DNA from: Eledone cirrhosa
Lineage: Eukaryota
DNA: 64,000 nt
NCBI GenBank assembly: GCA_964016885.1
Contig: OZ024763.1
Span: forward strand, 27,218,001 to 27,282,000
Direction: 5' to 3'
Both the position numbers and the translations under genes were made by a program. Shown in pieces: positions 56,960 to 64,000 of the stretch. The notes below the pieces were generated by a model. The model saw nothing but the letters and a program-made list of their open reading frames with translations. It ran no database searches and was not told where the DNA came from. Numbering within the stretch: the stretch's first letter is position 1; the number at the start of each line of letters is the position of its first letter.

Positions 56960-57357
56960 ACTGGGTGCTTTTTTGCCGTGGCACCTCCACGACCACTTTG
57001 CAGTGGGAGGGTGTGGGGGCATATTGTCTATATGCTTCAGCTTGTACCCATGGGAATAGACAATATGCCCCCTCACCCTCCCACTGCAAAATGGTCATGG
57101 AGGTACCACGGCAAAAAAGCACCCAGCCCACACTGTAAAGTGGACGTGTAGGCGCCATGGAAAAAAGCACCCAGCACTCACTGTAAATGAGGTTGGTGTT
57201 AGGAAGGGCATCCAGCTGTAGAAATCAAGCCAGATCAGTTCCTGTATGAGCAGGCATGGTCAGCCGACCAGACACTGTCCACAACAGGACAACCCGTCTA
57301 ACCCATGCTAGCGTGGAAGAACAGATGTAAAACGGTGATGATGATGATGATGATGAT
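56960..57357. mobile_element. RTE-type 3' UTR with a 5' fold-back inversion
   Basis: 56960-57050 is inverted relative to 57056-57127. (TGA)n tail. Confidence 0.75.
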
Positions 57358-57403
57358 ATACACACACAGGCACACACACTCAGACACACTCAAACACAGA
57401 CAC

Positions 57404-57468
<65 letters not shown>

Positions 57469-57706
57469 GACACACACACTCAGACACAGACACATATACA
57501 TATAGATATAGAGATGCACGCAGACACACATACAGACACGGACACACACACTCAGACACACTCAGATGCAAACACACATACAGACACAGGCATACACGCT
57601 CAGACACACTGTTGATAAATTTATGTTATAACACACATACATATATATACAGATACACACACTCAGACACAGACACACTTACATATAGATATACACATAC
57701 ACGCAG

Positions 57707-57738
<32 letters not shown>

Positions 57739-57874
57739 GTATATGTGTCTGTGTCTGAGTATGTCTGAGTGTGTGTATCTGTGTGTGTATATCATCATCA
57801 TCATCATCTGCGTGCATCTCTATATCTATATGTATATGTGTCTGTGTCTAAGTGTGTCTGAGTGTGTGTGTGTC

Positions 57875-57919
<45 letters not shown>

Positions 57920-58138
57920 GTATCTGTGTCTGAGTGTGTCTGAGTGTGTGTGTGTCTGTGTGCATATATATATATATATGTATATGTGTCTGTGTCGGAG
58001 TGTGTCTGAGTGTGTGTGTCTGAGCGTGTATGTCTGTGTCTGTATGTGTGTCCGAGTCTGAGTGTGTCTGAGTGTGTGTGTCTGTATCTGTATGTGTGTC
58101 TGTGTCTGAGTGTGTCTGAGTGTGTGTGTGTCTGTGTG

Positions 58139-58169
<31 letters not shown>

Positions 58170-58312
58170 GTATATGTATCTGTGTCTGAGTTTGTCTGAG
58201 TGTGTGTGTGTCTGTGTGTATATATATATATGTATATGTGTCTGTGTCGGAGTGTGTCTGAGTGTGTGTGTCTGTGTCTGTATGTGTGTCTGTGTCTGAG
58301 TGTGTGTGTGTC

Positions 58313-58344
<32 letters not shown>

Positions 58345-58459
58345 AGTGTATGTTATAATATAAGTTTATCTAGAACCAAATCAAATATAAATCATATCTT
58401 TCAGTATATTTAGGGCGAGAAAAATAATTCAATTACAAGCAAATAACAATGATGAAGTT

Positions 58460-59077
58460 ATGATGGTGGTGGTGGTGGTGATAGTGGTGGTGGTGGTGAC
58501 GGTGGTGGTGATGGTGGTGGTGGTGGTGGTGGTGGTGGTGGTGATAGTGGTGGTGGTGGTGATAGTGGTGGTGGCGGTGGTGACAGTGGTGGTGGTGGTG
58601 GTGGTGATTGTGGTGGTGGTGATTGTGGTGGTGATGGTGGTGGTGGTGGTGGTGGTGGTGGTGGTGATAGTGGTGGTCGTGGTGACGGTGGTGGTGATTA
58701 TGGTGGTGGTGATAGTGGTGGTGGTGGTGGTGACAGTGGTGGTGGTGGTGGTGGTGGTGATTGTGGTGGTGGTGGTGGTGGTGGTGGCAGTGGTGACAGT
58801 GGTGGTGGTGGTGGTGGTGGTGATTGTGGTGGTGGTGGTGACAGTGGTGATGGTGGTGGTGGTGGTGACGGTGGTGGTGGTGGTGATAGTGGTGGTGGCG
58901 GTGGTGACAGTGGTGGTGGTGGTGATTGTGGTGGTGGTGGTGGTGGTGGTGGTGATGGTGGTGATGATGGTGGTGGTGGTGACGGTGGTGGTGGTGGTGA
59001 TAATGATGGTGATGATGATTATGATGTTGATGATGGTGGTGGTGGTGGTTTGGTGGCGGTGGTGACGGATGTGGTCA

Positions 59078-59109
<32 letters not shown>

Positions 59110-59137
59110 ATAGTGATGATGATGATGATGATGATGA
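58460..59137. repeat. (GGT/GAT)n tract
   Basis: Direct inspection. Confidence 0.9.
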
Positions 59138-59274
59138 CATGTACAGAGGTAGACACACACACACACACACAGACACACACATATACAGAGGTAGATAGAC
59201 ACACACACATAGACACACAGAGGCAGACAGACACTAACAGCTTCTGGTGAAGCAAATTAATCAGAAAAACAATC

Positions 59275-59562
<288 letters not shown>

Positions 59563-59606
59563 TATATTAGTATATGTATATATATATATATATGTATATA
59601 CATATA

Positions 59607-59677
<71 letters not shown>

Positions 59678-59731
59678 TCATATATGTATGTATATGTATA
59701 TATATATATGTCTTTCAAAATATATACATTG

Positions 59732-59950
<219 letters not shown>

Positions 59951-60255
59951 CATATATATATAATGTGCTTTGTATAATTATATAATTTAATATAAAGTAA
60001 TGTAGCCTAGGTGAATCTGGTGAAAACAACTCAAGGTATATATATATATAATGTATTGATAAATTGTTCCTGCTCCTTATTATATATATGTATGTATACA
60101 GACAATATAATTATTTAAATTTATATCTTGAAAATGTATATATTCACTTAGCAGAAGAAAATATATTAAATTATATCACTTTAACCTCAGTTTGTGCAGT
60201 CTTTAGGGAACCATGATGGATATTTCAATCTTATAGTCTTTATATATATAAATAT

Positions 60256-60308
<53 letters not shown>

Positions 60309-60310
<2 letters not shown>

Positions 60311-60647
60311 TGTTATACTTGGGGAGGCTCATATTTGTGTAATAATATTGCCAGAATTAATAACAGAACACACTCACTGTTTGGTTGGTTTTCGCTTCTG
60401 TGTCTTTTATATCAGTTAATTTAATTTATTTGGTCCTCAATGTTACCATTGACTGCCCAAAGGTAAAAAATACAGATACAATATAGACACAAACACATAT
60501 ATATAGTCTATCAAACTTCTTTTGTTGCACATCTGCAACATCGTCAGTGGTGCTATTTATGTTTCCACCCGTTGCATTGTATGCTTACGCCAAGTATAAC
60601 AATATTTGTTTCGACACACGATTTCATATCAAAAACCTCGCAAAACT
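60309..60647. mobile_element. PLE-like family C copy (decayed hammerhead on the minus strand, short inverted tail)
   Basis: TGTTGCACATCTGCAACATCGTCAGTGG at ~60523-60550. Switches to the + tail CAAGTATAACAAT at TACGCCA. Confidence 0.7.
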
Positions 60648-61524
60648 ATATATATATATATATATGTAGATAAATCTACCAAGAGTTTACGGTAGTGTCC
60701 AATCCGTATGAAGAACTCAATGTAGTCCGGATATCATGGAAAGAAGAGATGCAATGAAAAATCACTTTCGGTGAAAGATAAACGGAATACAGAGTCAAGA
60801 TAAAATATTAAAAAAATAATGAATAAAACAATGAAACAGTTCCTTATATTAAACAAAAAAAGTTCATTATTTAACGATCGTTTCTAGGATATATATGTGT
60901 TAGAATTGGCATGCATATTCAACAGATCTATGTACAAAATTATACAAAATTATACAAACTATCAAGATTAAATATACATACCAAACACACATATATGCCG
61001 TCTTCAGAAATAATGAAATATATTTATTGATAATAACAACAATTCAAAATTTCAGGTCCGTTTGGGAACGGAGTTCAAATTGACCAATGAAAATACAAAA
61101 AATTTTATGCAGTTTGGTGTGTGTATATACATGTAATTAACTTCGTACACATATTTATACAAAGATATATGCTCACATGCATACGCATGCCAAAAAGATG
61201 TATGCAAATACAAAAATTCAAGGCTAATGTCTCTGTAAGTTTATAATCCACAGATAAAATGCGTATAGACACATAAATATGAAATAAAAGTATACACATA
61301 TTCACATACTCACACATATCCGTACACTCACACACACACGCGCGCATATGCATAAACATACACATAATTATATACATAATTATATATATATATATATGTG
61401 TGTGTATGTATATATAATATACATATATGAAGTATTTCCATAGAAAGAGTAAAGGAAAGGAGAGTGCTCTATGTATGCTACAGAGCTATTTAATTATGTA
61501 ATAAACAACGTAAGACAATTATTC

Positions 61525-61591
61525 CATTTACCAAAGGTTTCACGAAGACAGACAAGCTTAACAGAGACGTCTGAAATCACTCATCAGGATG
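61525..61591 (-). ncRNA. Family E relative: hammerhead with a different, longer stem II
   Basis: The minus strand reads catc-CTGATGA-gtga..CAGACG..TGTCTG..tcgt-GAAA-CC(ttt)GG-TA^AATG. The downstream tail is homologous to 53740-53800. Confidence 0.6.
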
Positions 61592-61704
61592 ATGAGTATA
61601 TAAATCTTTGAAGTATATAAATCCACTGAAATAGCTTTGTTCGGATCTGGGCATATCAATGAATTAACAAGGTAAACTTAACTTTTAGGTGAAAATGATT
61701 TTTT

Positions 61705-61736
<32 letters not shown>

Positions 61737-61738
<2 letters not shown>

Positions 61739-62425
61739 CATCATCATCATCATCACCGTTTTACGTCCGTTCTTCCACGCTGGCATGGGTTAGACGGGTT
61801 GTCCTGTTGTAGGCAGTGTTTGGTCGGCTGACCATGCCTTGCTCATACAGAAACTGATTTGGCTTGATTTCTACAGCTGGATGCCCTTCCTAACACCAAC
61901 CTCATTTACAGTGAGTGCTGGGTGCTTTTTCGTGGCGCCTACACATCCACTTTACAGTGTGGGCTGGGTGCTTTTTTGCCGTGGCACCTCCACGACCACC
62001 TTGCAGTGGGGGGTGTGGGGGCATATTGTCTATATGCTTCAGCTTGTACCCATGGGAGGTCGGGTACTCTGTATCACTGCGTGACGCCAGTGGTCACGGT
62101 CATGTGTCATCGCCTTTGAGAGGTGTAATTGGGTAAGGTCGGCTTTTATCACCTCATCCCAGGTCTCCCCACTCCGCGGTTTCCATCGACTTCTAGTGCT
62201 CTGCACCTTTTTATGCAGCTGTTATCCTTCATACGCATCACATGTCCATACCAACGCAACCGCCTCTCCTGCACACATAATTTGATTCCTCTTATGCTCA
62301 GTCTCTCTCTCAATTCATTTATGCTTTGTCGTTCACGTATATTACTGTTACACATCCATCGGAGCATGCAGGCTTCGTTTCTCTCTAATCTACGTAAGTC
62401 TTCCACCTTCAGCGCCCAGGACTCA
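61737..62425 (-). mobile_element. RTE LINE 3' end (ORF end and 3' UTR)
   Basis: EDLRRLERNEACMLRWMC..RRLRWYGHVMRM..RGVGRP, the same family as 47495-49615, with an (ATG)n tail. Confidence 0.9.
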
Positions 62426-62576
62426 TATATATATATACATATATATCATATATATTATATATATATATAATAATTAATATATATTATATATATATATATA
62501 TCTCTGGCATTATGAAGTAATACAGATATAGATAATGCATATATATGCATATATATACATATATATATACATATAT

Positions 62577-62908
62577 GGAGGCACATGGCTTAGTGGTTAG
62601 AGCATTGGGCTTGCAATCGAAAGGTTGTGAGTTCAATTCTCAGACCGGGTGATGTGTTGTTTCCTTGAGCAAGACACTTTATTTCACATTGCTCCAGTTT
62701 ACTCACCTGTAGAAATGAGATGATAGGGACTGCGGTCCCTATCATTCCACTGCAAAGTGGTCGTGGAGGTGCCACGGCAAAAAAGCACCCAGCACTCACT
62801 GTAAATGAGGTTGGTGTTAGGAAGGGCATCCAACTGTAGAAATCAAGCCAGAATCAGTTCCCGTCCCACCCTTGCAAGCAGGGAAAAGTGGACGTAAAAT
62901 GAAATGAT
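62577..62908 (+). mobile_element. Composite SINE, family 2
   Basis: Near-identical to 53311-53640. Confidence 0.85.
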
Positions 62909-62946
62909 ATTGACACACTTATATACATACATATCTATATATCTAT

Positions 62947-63250
62947 AATAATAATAATAATGAAATTATTGTGTACAATGCTCAGGTGCACTACAAATCA
63001 TCAAAGGTGCATGTATAGTACATAGAATAATGTACAAATGTCAGGAAAGTGAACATAGTATGAGTCATGATATACACACAGATACATGCATGCGTGTGTA
63101 GTTTTGGTGAATTTCAGGAAGCATAGAGGTTTTAAAGGATGCAGTGTCTCAGCAGCTAACAACTGATGCAGGTAGTTTGTTCCATACTTCAGCAACTCTG
63201 AGCATAACAAAATGTTTCCAAAAGTCATGGGAGCTGTACTGTTTTCTTAC
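62947..63250 (-). mobile_element. CR1-group LINE 3' end
   Basis: The minus strand encodes KHFVMLRVAEVWNKLPASVVSC*DTASFK (CR1-type WN.LP motif), then a 3' UTR and an (ATT)n tail. Confidence 0.75.
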
Positions 63251-63261
63251 TCATATACATA

Positions 63262-63485
63262 TCATCATCATCATCATCATCGTTTAACGTATATCTTCCA
63301 CGCTAGCATGGGTTTAGATGGGAATAGTCCTACTTGAGGCAAAATTGGTCGGGTGACCATGTCTCGCTCGTATAGGACTGTCTGGCAGGTTTTCTATGGC
63401 TGGATGCCCTTCCTAACATCAACCACGTGGACTGGGAGGTTTTTACCGTGTTACCTACACGGCGACATTACAGCGTGGACTGTGT
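63262..63485 (-). mobile_element. RTE 3' UTR fragment
   Basis: Homologous to 47495-47725. Confidence 0.8.
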
Positions 63486-63487
63486 AA

Positions 63488-63523
<36 letters not shown>

Positions 63524-63910
63524 AATATGGGGAGAAGAATACTGCATGGTTGCACATGGATTACATGTTATAAAATGAGTCCCTCATCAGTGATTTGCCA
63601 ACGATCATTGGTATTTCATCGCATTAAAAATCATATACATCACGTTGGTGCGACAATAACTAAAATAAGTTATTGGGACAATTGAAACGCGTAAAGCGAG
63701 TGAGACAAGTAAACAACACAGGGGAAATATATATATATATATATTTATTAAAATAACAGATTAATCCCGTTAAGGGTGAAAGCAGCGATTCTTTGCTTAA
63801 ACTTTAATCTGTTATTTTAATAAATATTTGCTCTATGGTTCTTATATATTTGATATATATTTATCCTTATCAAGCCCTCTTTGGATTTTAGTCTTCACAT
63901 TTATTATTAT

Positions 63911-63955
<45 letters not shown>

Positions 63956-64000
63956 GTTATTCCGGGTTGAATCGGAGGTAACCACAGTAAGTAAGGTACT

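Noticed and set aside
58429-59250. His/Thr-rich and Val-rich ORFs
   Set aside because: These are translations of (GGT/GAT)n repeats.
61537-61672. Apparent + strand exon (VSRRQTSLTETSEITHQDDEYINL)
   Set aside because: Better explained as the antisense of a family E hammerhead element, and it contains a stop codon.
62577-62650. tRNA genes (also 53311, 43067 and 38290)
   Set aside because: A and B boxes are present, but there is no complete acceptor stem and the sequence continues into SINE bodies.

Overview
This is AT-rich eukaryotic (animal) repeat DNA, intronic or intergenic. The SINE types suggest an octopod cephalopod, but that is my inference, not a database match. No intact host protein-coding gene is evident, and most ORFs in the track are translations of (TA)n, (CA)n, (AAC)n or (GGT)n microsatellites. 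Recognisable content includes decayed LINEs (a Dong/R4-like RLE element in (TAA)n, several RTE pieces, a CR1 3' end and a possible L1/Tx1 3' end), tRNA-derived SINEs, a non-autonomous Helitron, a Helitron helicase relic, Tc1/mariner, hAT and piggyBac-like MITEs, and several minisatellites. The most striking signal is a dense set of short (150-750 bp) non-coding elements inserted into (TA)n tracts, many of them fold-back palindromes. They belong to roughly ten or more sequence families and carry type I hammerhead ribozyme cores (CUGANGA...GAAA...UH). Several cores are intact, and palindromic copies carry one on each strand. They look like Penelope-like element (PLE) pLTR-only or retrozyme-like units. 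Their fold-back points recur between copies (a YY1-like motif or the stem II apex), and their tails encode the conserved start of an ORF that is absent from the window.
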